DNA of 64,000 nt from Deltaproteobacteria bacterium. GTDB taxonomy: Bacteria > Desulfobacterota > Syntrophia > Syntrophales > UBA2185. Positions within the stretch are counted from its first letter, which is position 1. Every line of letters starts with the position of its first letter. The notes beneath the pieces are model-generated. The model had not been told where the DNA came from. It did no database searches and saw only the letters and a list, made by a program, of their open reading frames with translations. The position numbers and the translations under genes are program-made. Shown in pieces: positions 10,300 to 21,069 of this stretch. The stretch spans positions 14,065 through 78,064 of the forward strand of contig JAPLJS010000070.1 in the NCBI GenBank assembly GCA_026388545.1, in the 5' to 3' direction.

Positions 10300-12079
10300 A
10301 ATCTTGTCTGAATTTTTAACAGTGAAGAAAAGAACACATTATTGCGGAGATATTGCTGCATCCAATGTTGGTGAAGATGTAATCCTGATGGGATGGGTAC
10401 ACCGGAGACGGGATCATGGGGGTGTTATCTTTGTTGACCTGCGGGATCGTGAAGGACTTGCCCAGATCGTATTTAATCCCGACACTAATCCTGATTGCCA
10501 CACTGAAGCTCATAAAATCAGAAGCGAATTTGTTCTTGCCGTAAGCGGCAAGGTTCAAAGAAGACCTGAAGGAATGGAAAATCCTCACTTAAAAAGCGGT
10601 GATATTGAAATTTTGGTTAATACGTTCGAAATTCTTAATGAATCAAAGACGCCACCTTTTGTACTGAATGAGAATGTGGAGGTCTCCGAGAACGTACGTC
10701 TGAAGTACCGATACCTCGATCTGAGACGGCCGGTAATACAGAAAAACCTTATTCTCAGAAGCAATGTCGCAGCGCAAACCCGGCAATATTTTCAAAAGGA
10801 AGGATTCATTGAAGTTGAAACACCCTTTCTAACAAAAAGTACACCTGAAGGTGCACGTGATTATCTCGTTCCGAGCCGGATTAATCAGGGGATGTTCTAT
10901 GCCCTCCCCCAGTCACCACAGCTGTTCAAGCAGTTATTGATGGTATCGGGCTTTGACAAATACTATCAGATTGTCAAATGTTTCCGGGATGAGGACCTGA
11001 GGGCAGATCGCCAGCCTGAGTTTACGCAGATTGACGTTGAAATGTCATTTATTACCGAAGAAGATATTTATCGAATTATTGAAGGTCTCATCGTTCATTT
11101 ATTCGGAACCTGTCTTAACATAGAATTGAAGACCCCATTTCCCAGGATATCCTATTCGAATGCTATTGAACGGTACGGTAAGGACAACCCTGATGTCCGC
11201 TTCACCCTTGAATTGAGAGATCTTACGGATATTGTCAGAAACTCCAATTTTAAGGTGTTTCAGGAAGTTGCAAGCAGTGGAGGAATAGTGAAAGCCATTA
11301 AAATTGAAGACGGAAAACGCCTCACTCGGAAGGACCTCGACGGTCTTACCGATTACGTCAGTGATTATGGCGCCAAAGGCCTTGCATGGGCCAGGATAAA
11401 TCCTGACGGATGGACTTCGCCCATCTTCAAGTTTCTTAAGCATTCCGAAGTTGAACAGATTAACAGGAAAATGGAATCAAGTGATGGAGATGTTATCGTT
11501 TTTCTGGCTGACTCTCCTTCGGTTGTTCACGATGCCCTGGGTAATCTCAGAATGCACCTGGCAAAAAAGTTAAACTTGATTAAACCGGAGCAATTTTCGT
11601 TTACATGGGTAAATGAATTTCCTCTCTTCGAATATAGCGATGCCGAAAAAAGATATGTATCCATGCATCATCCTTTCACATCTCCTGTTTTAGCAGATAT
11701 TCCATTACTTGCAACTGATCCCGGCAAAGTCAGAGCCAGGGCTTACGATCTTGTTCTCAACGGAACTGAGATAGGCGGAGGGAGCATCCGTATCCATCGC
11801 CAGACTATCCAATCCATGATTTTTAAAACTCTGGGGCTTACAGAGCAGGAATCAAGGATGAAGTTTGGATTTCTCCTTGATGCCCTTGAGTACGGTACTC
11901 CCCCACACGGAGGTCTCGCTATCGGCTTTGACAGGCTCATTATGATAATGGCCGGTGTCGATTCCATTAGAGACGTTATTGCATTTCCAAAAACACAGAA
12001 GGCGACATGCCTTCTTACCGATGCGCCATCGGAGGTAAGCATAGAGCAACTGATGGAACTCTCCCTGAAAGTTGTCTGA
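10289..12079 (+). CDS. aspS: Aspartate--tRNA ligase
   Basis: OB-fold N-terminus ([19 protein letters not shown]) plus class II motifs ([24 protein letters not shown]). The start is uncertain: in-frame TTG 10304 and GTG 10322 are alternatives. Confidence 0.93.
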   Translation: MGVKILSEFLTVKKRTHYCGDIAASNVGEDVILMGWVHRRRDHGGVIFVDLRDREGLAQIVFNPDTNPDCHTEAHKIRSEFVLAVSGKVQRRPEGMENPHLKSGDIEILVNTFEILNESKTPPFVLNENVEVSENVRLKYRYLDLRRPVIQKNLILRSNVAAQTRQYFQKEGFIEVETPFLTKSTPEGARDYLVPSRINQGMFYALPQSPQLFKQLLMVSGFDKYYQIVKCFRDEDLRADRQPEFTQIDVEMSFITEEDIYRIIEGLIVHLFGTCLNIELKTPFPRISYSNAIERYGKDNPDVRFTLELRDLTDIVRNSNFKVFQEVASSGGIVKAIKIEDGKRLTRKDLDGLTDYVSDYGAKGLAWARINPDGWTSPIFKFLKHSEVEQINRKMESSDGDVIVFLADSPSVVHDALGNLRMHLAKKLNLIKPEQFSFTWVNEFPLFEYSDAEKRYVSMHHPFTSPVLADIPLLATDPGKVRARAYDLVLNGTEIGGGSIRIHRQTIQSMIFKTLGLTEQESRMKFGFLLDALEYGTPPHGGLAIGFDRLIMIMAGVDSIRDVIAFPKTQKATCLLTDAPSEVSIEQLMELSLKVV

Positions 12080-12205
12080 TACTTATCTGTAATTTTCTAT
12101 TGACAAACAAGACTCATATTATTACTTTAAAGTCATAGAAAAAGGAATATTTGCGACTTTTATCGAGTGAGGGGTATTTCTAAAATACGTGAGGAGGAAA
12201 ATTGT

Positions 12206-12763
12206 ATGTCACATTACCGATGGTTTGGCGCCTTCATAAATACATTCATCATTATGGGTCTTATTTTTATTTTTTCAGGATGTGCGAAACAACCGTCAAA
12301 AACGGCGGTAGTTGAACAGAAACAGGAAGTCACTGCCGCAGAAGTAAAGCCAGTGATTGAGGTACAAGCCCAGGCTGAAAAAAAACAGGAAGGGCAGCCT
12401 TTGGTAATTGTGAAGCAGGAGATAGTTGAGAAATAGGCAGTTGTTGAAAAAAAGGAGGAGGCAGTCGCTAAAAAACCGGCAAAGAAGGATGTAGCCTTAC
12501 GAACACAGTATATTGTGAAAAAGGGTGATTGTTTATGGTGGACAGCCAAATATAAAGACGTGTACAATGATTCTTTAATGTGGTCCATTATTTACGAGGC
12601 CAACAAAGACAAGATCAAGGATCCTAATCTGATCTATCCGGGACAAAAGCTCAATATCCCGAGAAAGGGGTACACGTTGGAAAAGATTAAAATGCTGAGA
12701 AAAAAGGCAGGTGCAACTAAGCCCTATTCACCCCCAAAGCAGGCAAATTTACCGGTAGACTGA
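12206..12763 (+). pseudogene. LysM-domain lipoprotein interrupted by one in-frame TAG (12434-12436)
   Basis: RBS GAGGAGG and ATG 12206. Lipobox FSGC. A Lys/Glu/Val-rich linker, then a C-terminal LysM domain (YIVKKGDCLWW...YPGQKLNIP). ORF-track entries 12167..12436 and 12515..12763 are in the same frame. Confidence 0.6.
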
Positions 12764-12783
12764 AACCCGCAGCATATCCCTAA

Positions 12784-12821
12784 AGAGGGCACAGCTGGTT
12801 TCAGGGTGCCCTCTTTTTTTG
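12784..12821 (+). terminator. Rho-independent terminator after the LysM gene
   Basis: AGAGGGCAC-N13-GTGCCCTCT followed by TTTTTTT. Confidence 0.8.
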
Positions 12822-12848
12822 TTTAAGAATACAATTGGAGTTTATACT

Positions 12849-14738
12849 ATGGCACGATGGAATAAAGAAAGAAGAGTTCTGGAACACGAACATTCCAAAT
12901 TTTGGCAATTAAATATTCAGGATGTGGAGGAGCCAAATTTACAGAAGAGTGTTTTTCCCTATGATGAGGTAAGCAGGATTGACTTCGACCACAAAATCAT
13001 CCCAATTAACCCGGCTGAAGATATATTTATCACAGATACAACATTCAGGGATGGGCAACAGGCACGGCCACCGTATACAGTCAAGCAGATTGTTGATCTC
13101 TATGCCCTGATGGGCAGGTTAGGCGGTGTAAATGGCGTCATCAGACAGTCAGAATTCTTCCTCTACAGCAAAAAAGACAGGGAAGCGGTGACGAAATGTC
13201 TTGAACTAGGCATAAAATACCCCGAAATTACCGGCTGGATACGGGCCCAAAAAGACGATATCAAACTGGTAAAGGAAACAGGATTGAAGGAAACAGGCAT
13301 ATTAACATCTGTTTCTGATTACCATATTTTTCTCAAAATGAATACGACCAGAAAGAAAATATTCAATGAATACATGGATATTGTAAAAGCCATTCTTGAT
13401 GAAGGCATTATCCCCCGGTGTCACTTCGAAGATATTACACGGGCAGAGATCTATGGATTTTGCATCCCCTTTGCCAGTGAACTCATGAAGCTGCGTGAAG
13501 AAAGCGGAATCGATATCAAAATCAGGCTTTGTGATACTATGGGTTACGGCGTGACCTATCCGGGTGCATCACTGCCTCGCAGTGTCGATAAGTTAATCAG
13601 GGCTTTTATCGATGAGGGAGGTGTTCCCGGTCATCTTCTTGAATGGCACGGCCATAACGATTTTCACAAGGCGCTGATTAATGCTACGACGGCCTGGCTT
13701 TATGGGTGCAGTGGAGCAAACGGAACATTGCTGGGACTGGGAGAGCGGACGGGAAATTCCCCCATAGAGGGTCTTATCATCGAGTATATAGGACTAAAAG
13801 GTACGAACAATGGAATCGATACTACTATTATTACCGATATCGCCGATTATTTTGAAAATGAAATAGTTACAAAAATTCCTGCCAATTATCCCTTTGTCGG
13901 TTCTGAATTCAATATAACAAGGGCCGGTATTCACGCTGATGGTCTGATAAAAAACGAAGAGATTTATAATATCTTCGATACAACCAAGATATTGAAGAGA
14001 CCCATCGTGACCATGATTACCGATAAATCAGGAAAAGCCGGTATTGCTCACTGGATTAATACACGTCTGAGTTCAAAAGGTGAAAACATAATTGATAAAA
14101 GGCACCCCGGTGTTTCAAAAATCCACAAATGGGTTATGGAACAATACGAATCCGGCAGGGTAACCGGTATATCCCCCGAAGAACTTGAAAGAATGGTTCG
14201 CAAATATCTCCCGGAACTCTTCATGTCCGATCTGGATAAAATCAAGTACATGGCGACTCAGGCCGCATTGAATGTCGTCAAGCAGGTGATCGACCACCCC
14301 GTGATGAAGACAATGAAACCGGAACTTCAGGAACCGATTATGCAGCAGACCATTGAAGAAAATCCTTCTATCCAGTTTGCCTATGTTGTTGATATGAATG
14401 GTAAAAAGACAACAAAGAACATAACCAATATTGCGGACAGGGCAAAATACGAAAACTACGGTGTGGGAACGGATCAGTCAGATAGAGAGTGGTTTATCAA
14501 ACCGCTGCAGACAGGAAAGATGCATGTGACCAATTTTTATATATCAAAGATGACGGGGGCGCTTTGTATTACTGTGTCTACTCCTATTGTTGATGATAAT
14601 GACGAAATGGTCGGCATCTTCGGTGTGGATATAAAGTTTGAAGACTGGGTAAAAAGGGTCGAAGACATTGCGGAAGCTACTCAAATAGCCCTCAGAGAAG
14701 AATATGAGACGAAAGCAAAATCAGACCGCTGGGTTTAA
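12849..14738 (+). CDS. HMGL-family synthase (Re-citrate / homocitrate / isopropylmalate synthase-like) with a C-terminal Cache-like domain
   Basis: DTTFRDGQQ and HGHNDFH...GERTGN motifs. The C-terminal part (about 120 aa: FAYVVDMNGKK...REWFIKP...TGALCITVSTPI...GIFGVDIKF) looks Cache/PDC-like. I prefer ATG 12849 with GGAG because 12819 lies inside the upstream terminator. Confidence 0.75.
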   Translation: MARWNKERRVLEHEHSKFWQLNIQDVEEPNLQKSVFPYDEVSRIDFDHKIIPINPAEDIFITDTTFRDGQQARPPYTVKQIVDLYALMGRLGGVNGVIRQSEFFLYSKKDREAVTKCLELGIKYPEITGWIRAQKDDIKLVKETGLKETGILTSVSDYHIFLKMNTTRKKIFNEYMDIVKAILDEGIIPRCHFEDITRAEIYGFCIPFASELMKLREESGIDIKIRLCDTMGYGVTYPGASLPRSVDKLIRAFIDEGGVPGHLLEWHGHNDFHKALINATTAWLYGCSGANGTLLGLGERTGNSPIEGLIIEYIGLKGTNNGIDTTIITDIADYFENEIVTKIPANYPFVGSEFNITRAGIHADGLIKNEEIYNIFDTTKILKRPIVTMITDKSGKAGIAHWINTRLSSKGENIIDKRHPGVSKIHKWVMEQYESGRVTGISPEELERMVRKYLPELFMSDLDKIKYMATQAALNVVKQVIDHPVMKTMKPELQEPIMQQTIEENPSIQFAYVVDMNGKKTTKNITNIADRAKYENYGVGTDQSDREWFIKPLQTGKMHVTNFYISKMTGALCITVSTPIVDDNDEMVGIFGVDIKFEDWVKRVEDIAEATQIALREEYETKAKSDRWV

Positions 14739-16708
14739 TAACTTCTGTCTTCGTCGACAATCCAGTGATCATATGGACAGGATTTCGTATATTGTGATGA
14801 CGGGGACAGTTCCCTGATAAATCTGGAGGGGATGTGGTTTACATTACCCATCCCCCTTGCATAACTCATTAAAGGGTAGCAGAGATAAAGCTGATCTTTT
14901 GCCCTGGTTGTCGCAACATAAAAGAGCCTTCGTTCCTCCTCCTCACCACCCGGGTCTTTCAGGGCGCGCGCCAGCGGCATCATTCCGTCTGCACACCATA
15001 TCATCAATACGACCGACCATTCGAGCCCTTTGGCCTGATGGATTGTACTGAGGATGACCTTGTCTCCATTTATGTCATCCAGTTCAGTTTCATTTGTTTC
15101 GTCCATATTCGTCATCAGTGACAGTTCACTTAAAAAATCATCTAAAGAATAAAAGCGCGTAGAAAAATGTGAAAGTTGATCAAGGTCATCTTCCCTTGAT
15201 GCAGCGTCGGTATATCGTTCCTGTAAATAATCACGGTAACCGCTCTCCAGAACAATTTCTATAATCCTCGATGGACTTGCGTCAGGCAAAGAATTTATAA
15301 GCTTTCCCAGTGTATGCCGGCACTGTATGAGACCCTGCCTGGCCGCTTTCGTTACACTCTTCAGAAAATCATCACTCAGCGCGGCTTCGAGGGGGCTTTT
15401 CTGCGAAAGTAGAAACTTCCATAATTTTTCAGCCGTCACTTTTCCGATCTTACTATAAAGTCCGAGTACCCTCTTCCACGCAAGTTCATCAAAAGGATTC
15501 AGGGCAATCCTCATATAGGCTGTTACATCCTTAATATGGGCCTGTTCAAAAAAACGGATGCCGGAACGGATTTCAAAAGGGATTCCTCTGCGCACCATTT
15601 CCATTTGAAGTTCCATGGAATGATAATGAGCTCGATACAGGACAGCGATTTCATTTACGGGTATACCTTCCCGTATCAACTCAAGCATCCTCTGCGCAAC
15701 AAAATTGGCCTGCTGTAGAACGTCTCTTGCCGGTATGAGAATTGGCCGTATACCTGTTTTTCTCACCGACCTGAGAGTTTTTTGATACTGTTTATCATTA
15801 TTGACGATACTCATATTTGCAAGATGTAAGATTTCCGGTGTGCTGCGGTAGTTAGTCTCAAGCTTGAAAACCTTACACTTGGGATATTTCTCCGGAAACA
15901 TGATTATATTTGCAAAATTGGCGCCTCTGAAAGCATATATACTCTGTGAATCATCTCCGACTGCCATAAGGTTTCCGTGGTTTGAGGCCAAAAGATCCAC
16001 TATTTTTGCCTGAACACTATTTGTATCCTGATATTCATCAACAAGGATATTGGAAAACTTCTCCGCATATTTCATTAATATATCGGGAAAATCCATAAGA
16101 AGGTTTTTACAGTTGATGAGAAGATCATCAAAATCCATTACGTTTAATGTCTTTTTTCGGATCTGGTAATGGGTTGCTACCCGCATTATTCCTTCAAGAC
16201 AATTATAGAAATATGGGTATTTCCATTTTACACCTTCTTCGAGCGGAGATTCTGTATTAAAAGAATAACTGATGACGTCTCTTAGTACATCCGCTCTTGG
16301 AAACTTATCAGTTTTGGTGTTTATCCCTATCTCGGAGATACATGTATTGATCAATTGCTTTGAATCTTCGCTGTCTAAAATGGAAAAGTTCCGTTCATAG
16401 CCCAGGTGATGTGAATCTGCTCTGAGAATACGATGAGCAATATGATGAAACGTCCCGCCCCACATATAGTTGATATTTACATCTGTCAGAGCCTTCACTC
16501 GGGAAAGCATTGTTCGTGCAGCTTTGTTGGTGAAGGTTGCCAGCAGAATCCTTTCGGGATTAATCCCCGACTCTATTAACCGTGCTACCCGGTAGGTCAG
16601 TGTACGCGTCTTACCGCTGCCGGCGCCGGCAATGACAAGAATGGGGCCGCTATCCTCCATCACAACACAAAGTTGTTCATGGTTAAGTTCGTTTTTGTAT
16701 TCAATCAT
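14735..16708 (-). CDS. UvrD/Rep/PcrA-family ATP-dependent DNA helicase
   Basis: Walker A AGAGSGKT, DEYQDT box and C-terminal helicase motifs (TIHQAKGLEW, YVATTRA). Confidence 0.9.
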   Translation of the reverse strand: MIEYKNELNHEQLCVVMEDSGPILVIAGAGSGKTRTLTYRVARLIESGINPERILLATFTNKAARTMLSRVKALTDVNINYMWGGTFHHIAHRILRADSHHLGYERNFSILDSEDSKQLINTCISEIGINTKTDKFPRADVLRDVISYSFNTESPLEEGVKWKYPYFYNCLEGIMRVATHYQIRKKTLNVMDFDDLLINCKNLLMDFPDILMKYAEKFSNILVDEYQDTNSVQAKIVDLLASNHGNLMAVGDDSQSIYAFRGANFANIIMFPEKYPKCKVFKLETNYRSTPEILHLANMSIVNNDKQYQKTLRSVRKTGIRPILIPARDVLQQANFVAQRMLELIREGIPVNEIAVLYRAHYHSMELQMEMVRRGIPFEIRSGIRFFEQAHIKDVTAYMRIALNPFDELAWKRVLGLYSKIGKVTAEKLWKFLLSQKSPLEAALSDDFLKSVTKAARQGLIQCRHTLGKLINSLPDASPSRIIEIVLESGYRDYLQERYTDAASREDDLDQLSHFSTRFYSLDDFLSELSLMTNMDETNETELDDINGDKVILSTIHQAKGLEWSVVLMIWCADGMMPLARALKDPGGEEEERRLFYVATTRAKDQLYLCYPLMSYARGMGNVNHIPSRFIRELSPSSQYTKSCPYDHWIVDEDRSY

Positions 16709-16717
16709 GGGAATTTT

Positions 16718-17749
16718 TCACGTGGCGTTAGTATAAAAACCCGTTTCCCTCGCGTATTCAAATTGTCTTTGCCAGGGAATATTTGGATGAGCTTTTTCGA
16801 ATGGTTCACTGCCGATAAGCTTCAGAGATTCTGCGTCAACCGCTACCGGATTGTATCCGCCAATAAAACCTAAATCATTGAACATTTGAGGATTATCTCC
16901 CGGCAAACAATCACACTCTACGGTTATGTTGAGAAGTGCATTTATCACCACTGTTCTGTCTTTAATGCGCTTCCATACTGCCGCTGCCGTCTCGATCAAT
17001 TTCTCCTGAAAAACAGTATCGTCCGTATTCCACAAAATCCTCAGGGCCATTTCCGGGCAGAGGGCAATACATTGCGCACAGCCAATACATGTTTCAAGGT
17101 TATACGTGGGATAACCATCATCGGCAAACTGCGCCGCACCTGTCGGGCAAACCTCAACGCATAAGGCGCAGCGTGTACATTTGTCCTTTTTGATCGATGG
17201 GCGTGCGTCCGAATGCATGCGCTGTTTCTGCGCGCGGGACGCAAAACCCATGGAAATATTTTTAATGGCGCCACCGAAAAAGGCTGCCATATGCCCTTTG
17301 AAATGAGAAAAAATAACGAATCCATCAGTATTTTCAACAACAGAAGCAACTTGAACTGTTTTGAAATGCTTGAAATCGGCGGGTATATCCATAACGTCTC
17401 GACCATCCAAACCGTCGGCGATTACAATCGGGCATTCGAGATATTTTGCTGTATAGCCATGTTCTTCCGCAGTTTTTAATGAATCGCTTCCCGTGCGACG
17501 ACCTCCCGAATAGAGTGCCGTAGTATCGAATACATACGGTTTTGCACCCTGATTAATGAGCCACTGTGCAATTTCTTTAGCATATACCGGAGATAAAAAG
17601 CTGCGATTACCTCTCTCACCCCAGTGAAGTTTTATTCCTACAGAATCCCCTCTTTTGAAAGGATTTTTTAATTCATTTAACAATGAAGATAGATGCGATG
17701 GGTATTGACCCTGTGGACCGTCAACTTTTCGAAATAGAACGTCGGCCAT
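16718..17749 (-). CDS. DUF362 domain protein with two 4Fe-4S ferredoxin motifs
   Basis: CTRCALCVEVCP and CIGCAQCIALCP. I prefer ATG 17749 with AAGGAG because the predicted promoter would place the TSS downstream of 17779. Confidence 0.7.
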   Translation of the reverse strand: MADVLFRKVDGPQGQYPSHLSSLLNELKNPFKRGDSVGIKLHWGERGNRSFLSPVYAKEIAQWLINQGAKPYVFDTTALYSGGRRTGSDSLKTAEEHGYTAKYLECPIVIADGLDGRDVMDIPADFKHFKTVQVASVVENTDGFVIFSHFKGHMAAFFGGAIKNISMGFASRAQKQRMHSDARPSIKKDKCTRCALCVEVCPTGAAQFADDGYPTYNLETCIGCAQCIALCPEMALRILWNTDDTVFQEKLIETAAAVWKRIKDRTVVINALLNITVECDCLPGDNPQMFNDLGFIGGYNPVAVDAESLKLIGSEPFEKAHPNIPWQRQFEYARETGFYTNAT

Positions 17750-17783
17750 AAGACGTCTCCTTATATAGATTTGAAACAATGAG

Positions 17784-17812
17784 ACTTTAATAGACTAAAT
17801 AACATCTGTCAA
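17784..17812 (-). promoter_or_regulatory. Sigma-70-type promoter
   Basis: Minus strand reads TTGACA-N17-TAAAGT. Confidence 0.45.
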
Positions 17813-17853
17813 GAAAGATGCTTCCATAGAATTTTTGACTTTTTACGAAACCG

Positions 17854-18891
17854 TCAAACTTTGTCCTTCATGTAAATTGTTCTGACGGGATAGGGAATAT
17901 CAATCCCCTCTATTCTGTAACGTTTGTGCAGTCTCTTTATGAGTTCATGCCTGATTGCATACTGATCAACAAACTCTTTTACACGCAGAGAGACATTAAA
18001 GTTAATGCTTGAATCTCCGAATCTGAAGTAGCGAACCGAGGGTTCAAAGCTCGGGACACCCCCTTCAGCTTCTCTCATGATTTCTCTGGCCACCTCAATC
18101 GTTACTCTTTCAACCTTCTCAAGGTCACTATCATAGCTCACGCCCACTTCCACAGACGTCGATATTTCTTCATCCGGCATGTTATAGTTTGTAACAATTG
18201 CCGTCGCCAATTTAGAGTTGGGAACAATGATTGTGTTATTTTGCAAAGCGCGAATGGTAGTATATCGCCATGTAATATCAGTAACATAACCCTCTTCGCT
18301 ACTGCTCAGCTTTAAATAATGCCCCGGCTTTATTTGCCCGGAAGCAATGACATGAATGCCGGCAAATAAATTGGAAAGAGTGTCCTGAAGAGCAAGGGCG
18401 ACGGCCAAACCCCCGACTCCCAGTGCGGTAAGTATCGGTGTAATAGAAATTCCTAAAGACTGAAGAATGATGAGAATACCGATGATATAAACCAGGACGC
18501 TTGTCAGGTTCGTAAACATTGAAGTGGCAAGGAAAGCCCCGCCGGCCTTCCCGCTGTAGAGATTGACAAAACCTACGGCGATCCTGGACAAAATTACTGT
18601 AATGGAAAAAATAACAATGACCAAGATAACTTTATGAAGAAGATTTAACATTTGCGGGCTAATCTCCGAAACCTCCAACGCCCAGTAAATACCGGCCGCA
18701 AGAAACAGGAGCGTAGTCGTTCCGTGAAGCGCCTTAATAACTATATCATCGCCTTCCCATTTTGTTTTTTGAGTTATTTTTTTAATTTTTCTGAGGATGA
18801 TTTTTTCAAATATGATCCCAATGAGAAATCCACCAGCAATAAAAACCAGCGGCAGAACTAACTTTTTGATCATTATAATATCAGCGATCAT
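17854..18891 (-). CDS. Mechanosensitive ion channel, MscS family
   Basis: Several N-terminal TM helices, a Gly/Ala-rich pore helix (LTALGVGGLAVALALQD) and the conserved beta domain. Confidence 0.85.
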   Translation of the reverse strand: MIADIIMIKKLVLPLVFIAGGFLIGIIFEKIILRKIKKITQKTKWEGDDIVIKALHGTTTLLFLAAGIYWALEVSEISPQMLNLLHKVILVIVIFSITVILSRIAVGFVNLYSGKAGGAFLATSMFTNLTSVLVYIIGILIILQSLGISITPILTALGVGGLAVALALQDTLSNLFAGIHVIASGQIKPGHYLKLSSSEEGYVTDITWRYTTIRALQNNTIIVPNSKLATAIVTNYNMPDEEISTSVEVGVSYDSDLEKVERVTIEVAREIMREAEGGVPSFEPSVRYFRFGDSSINFNVSLRVKEFVDQYAIRHELIKRLHKRYRIEGIDIPYPVRTIYMKDKV

Positions 18892-19094
18892 ATACTTTCA
18901 CTCCCCTATGTTATGAAAAACAGCCATGGCGCAAATGGAGCGCAGACCTTCAAGACATAATATCATCCATGCTTCTGTGGATATCCGGATTGAGACTCTA
19001 CAAAGTGTTCTGATAAAAAGCAACGAGCAAATAACGGCAGGTTATTATCTCTTGACACACAAATAAGACACTGGTTTAGAACATATTATAATTC

Positions 19095-19144
19095 TTCACT
19101 TCACCTGCTTTATCCATACCCTGATTTTATTGAGAGGTTATTGA
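19095..19144 (-). repeat. E-family repeat, copy E6 (opposite orientation to the other copies)
   Basis: Reverse complement CTCTCAATAAAATCAGGGTATGGATAAAGCAGGTGAAG aligns with copy E5 (CGCAAAATCGAGGGTGATGATAAGTAGGGGTTAG). Confidence 0.5.
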
Positions 19145-19468
19145 CTATTTATTGAAGTCGTTAATTTGGGGAAATGAGTTTTTGTAGCAGATTTCGTTCG
19201 GTAATGCGCAGGAGCGATCAAAGGAAAAATGGAATGCGCCAATTGTGAATGATCCGGGACCGATCACGAAACGGAAGATGCCATAGCCGCACGATACAGC
19301 AACTGTGACACCAGCAATGCCGCTACAAAAACCCGCGATCTTTGTTCGCAATGAAATGGGTGCCCATACAAGAAGAAACGCGATCGGAAGCGCACCAAGC
19401 CAAAGTCCTGCGGTTAAAAAGAACTGCGCGAGAGGCACCACCAAGACATACGCGATTATCGTTTTCAT
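19145..19468 (-). CDS. Small membrane protein (3 predicted TM), hypothetical
   Basis: Hydrophobic 107-aa ORF. Its 3' end has a diverged partial copy at 60170..60277. Confidence 0.5.
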   Translation of the reverse strand: MKTIIAYVLVVPLAQFFLTAGLWLGALPIAFLLVWAPISLRTKIAGFCSGIAGVTVAVSCGYGIFRFVIGPGSFTIGAFHFSFDRSCALPNEICYKNSFPQINDFNK

Positions 19469-19607
19469 CTTGTATCCTTCTTCAGACTCCTCTTTTGGGA
19501 CGAACGCCGCGCCTGATCAGTGGCCATGGTTTTTAGCCCGTCTGCATCTAGGCGTATGTTATGTTAATGCTTTTAATATATAGCATATATGTCAGTTTGA
19601 ATATCTT

Positions 19608-20426
19608 TCATTTCATTAATTCACATAGGTTCTTAAGCTGAGGTCGTCCTTCCTGCCATGATAGGAAATACCTTTTCACAGCACTGTTGCAGTTTTGTGC
19701 CAACGCGTCGATATGTTCATATTCTTCTTTAGGAAAATTAATGCCCACAATAACACCTTTTAGAGAGGATTCAATGGGTAATCCTATGGAATCACCGTCA
19801 TTTGCTATTACAACTAATCTATATTCATGCTCTTCAAGGTAGTCCATTAATTTCAAGAAGAAATATTCATGGAAATACTTATCTATTTGCATCTCCAATG
19901 CTTTATCAACACCATGTCCGATTATATTTCTGCAACTAATTTTCCTTGCTTTAACAAAACTTTCCAAATGATACTGATACTCTACTCTTCCAGTAAATTT
20001 CTTATTCGGTTCAAATGTGGACTTAAACTGTTCTTCCAGTTGTTTTCTATCGAAAACTAAACAAACACCAGTATGTTTCACCCCATATTGTGACCACATC
20101 CTTGACCTTGACCAGCCCACACGGTAATAATCTTGCCTATAATGAGGAATTGCATTTTTTCCGAAATTGATCTCTTCATTATTCCATCCGCAAAAACAAA
20201 GTATCATAGAATTATTTTTAATATAATTATCAAAAACATAAAGAGCTTCTCTAAAATTTTTTAAACAAAACATCTGTTCAGCCCCAATAAAACCAAAATT
20301 CCACTGTTTAGATTCTCGCGGGTCATCACAAGATAAAAGGGGACTGAAATTAATCCGCTTGTCATATAAAATAGATATTGCTTTGTCCTTGCTGGTATAG
20401 TGACATACCAAATTTTTGTCAAACAT
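19608..20426 (-). CDS. DUF2971-like hypothetical protein
   Basis: The N-terminal pattern VCHYTSKDKAISILYDKRINFSPLLSCDDPRE resembles the DUF2971 signature (HYTS...L...F......NDP.E). I prefer the ATG at 20426. Confidence 0.5.
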   Translation of the reverse strand: MFDKNLVCHYTSKDKAISILYDKRINFSPLLSCDDPRESKQWNFGFIGAEQMFCLKNFREALYVFDNYIKNNSMILCFCGWNNEEINFGKNAIPHYRQDYYRVGWSRSRMWSQYGVKHTGVCLVFDRKQLEEQFKSTFEPNKKFTGRVEYQYHLESFVKARKISCRNIIGHGVDKALEMQIDKYFHEYFFLKLMDYLEEHEYRLVVIANDGDSIGLPIESSLKGVIVGINFPKEEYEHIDALAQNCNSAVKRYFLSWQEGRPQLKNLCELMK

Positions 20427-20555
20427 TGCATAACCTTTTTGATACCAAATATCTTGCAAATATCATAAACCGTTATTACCTACATTAAAACATAACGTGC
20501 TGATCAGCAGCAGCTGTAGGCCGACCGCTGGATTTTATTGTTGGGCGTTTATTCC

Positions 20556-21050
20556 TTATTTCATTCGCTCTCCTAATCTTTCAGAAACCCTATTCAATAA
20601 CTCGAGTTCAGAGGCAAACTGCAATTTGCCTCGGTTGACAGCATCGCCAAGAAAGAAAAGCGGATCAAGTCGGACAGAGATTGAGCCACTGATGAAGAAA
20701 CTTGCTATGAGAATCGCTGCGGCAATCCACATTTGATTCCAGAGAACAAGGGGTGTAAGAAGCAGGAGTCCAATCCATCGGAAACGGTTTAGATGGCAGG
20801 ACATATCTTTCGATCCGAAAGGAAATCTCAGAGCAAGGTGGTACTTCCGAAGTATTTCAATTTCGTCAGGTGACCATATTTCTGGATCAGGACTTGGTTT
20901 GTTGGAATCAATGAAAAACAGGTATGACTGGAAAGCGATATAGATCGTAAGATAAGTATATCCGCCAGCATGTGGCATGAAGGTGGACCATACAAATATA
21001 CTGAAGGGGATGAAACCCGTCATCAGATTGCTTATGATGATTGTCCACAT
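20556..21050 (-). CDS. Hypothetical membrane protein (about 4 TM)
   Basis: RBS GGGAGG upstream of the ATG; hydrophobic segments. Confidence 0.55.
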   Translation of the reverse strand: MWTIIISNLMTGFIPFSIFVWSTFMPHAGGYTYLTIYIAFQSYLFFIDSNKPSPDPEIWSPDEIEILRKYHLALRFPFGSKDMSCHLNRFRWIGLLLLTPLVLWNQMWIAAAILIASFFISGSISVRLDPLFFLGDAVNRGKLQFASELELLNRVSERLGERMK

Positions 21051-21069
21051 TTCTCATTCCTCCCAACAG

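Noticed and set aside
12434-12436. In-frame TAG read as pyrrolysine
   Set aside because: The window contains no pyl genes or methylamine methyltransferase context. The position lies in a low-complexity linker, so error, nonsense mutation or leaky readthrough are simpler explanations. I kept only the neutral observation.
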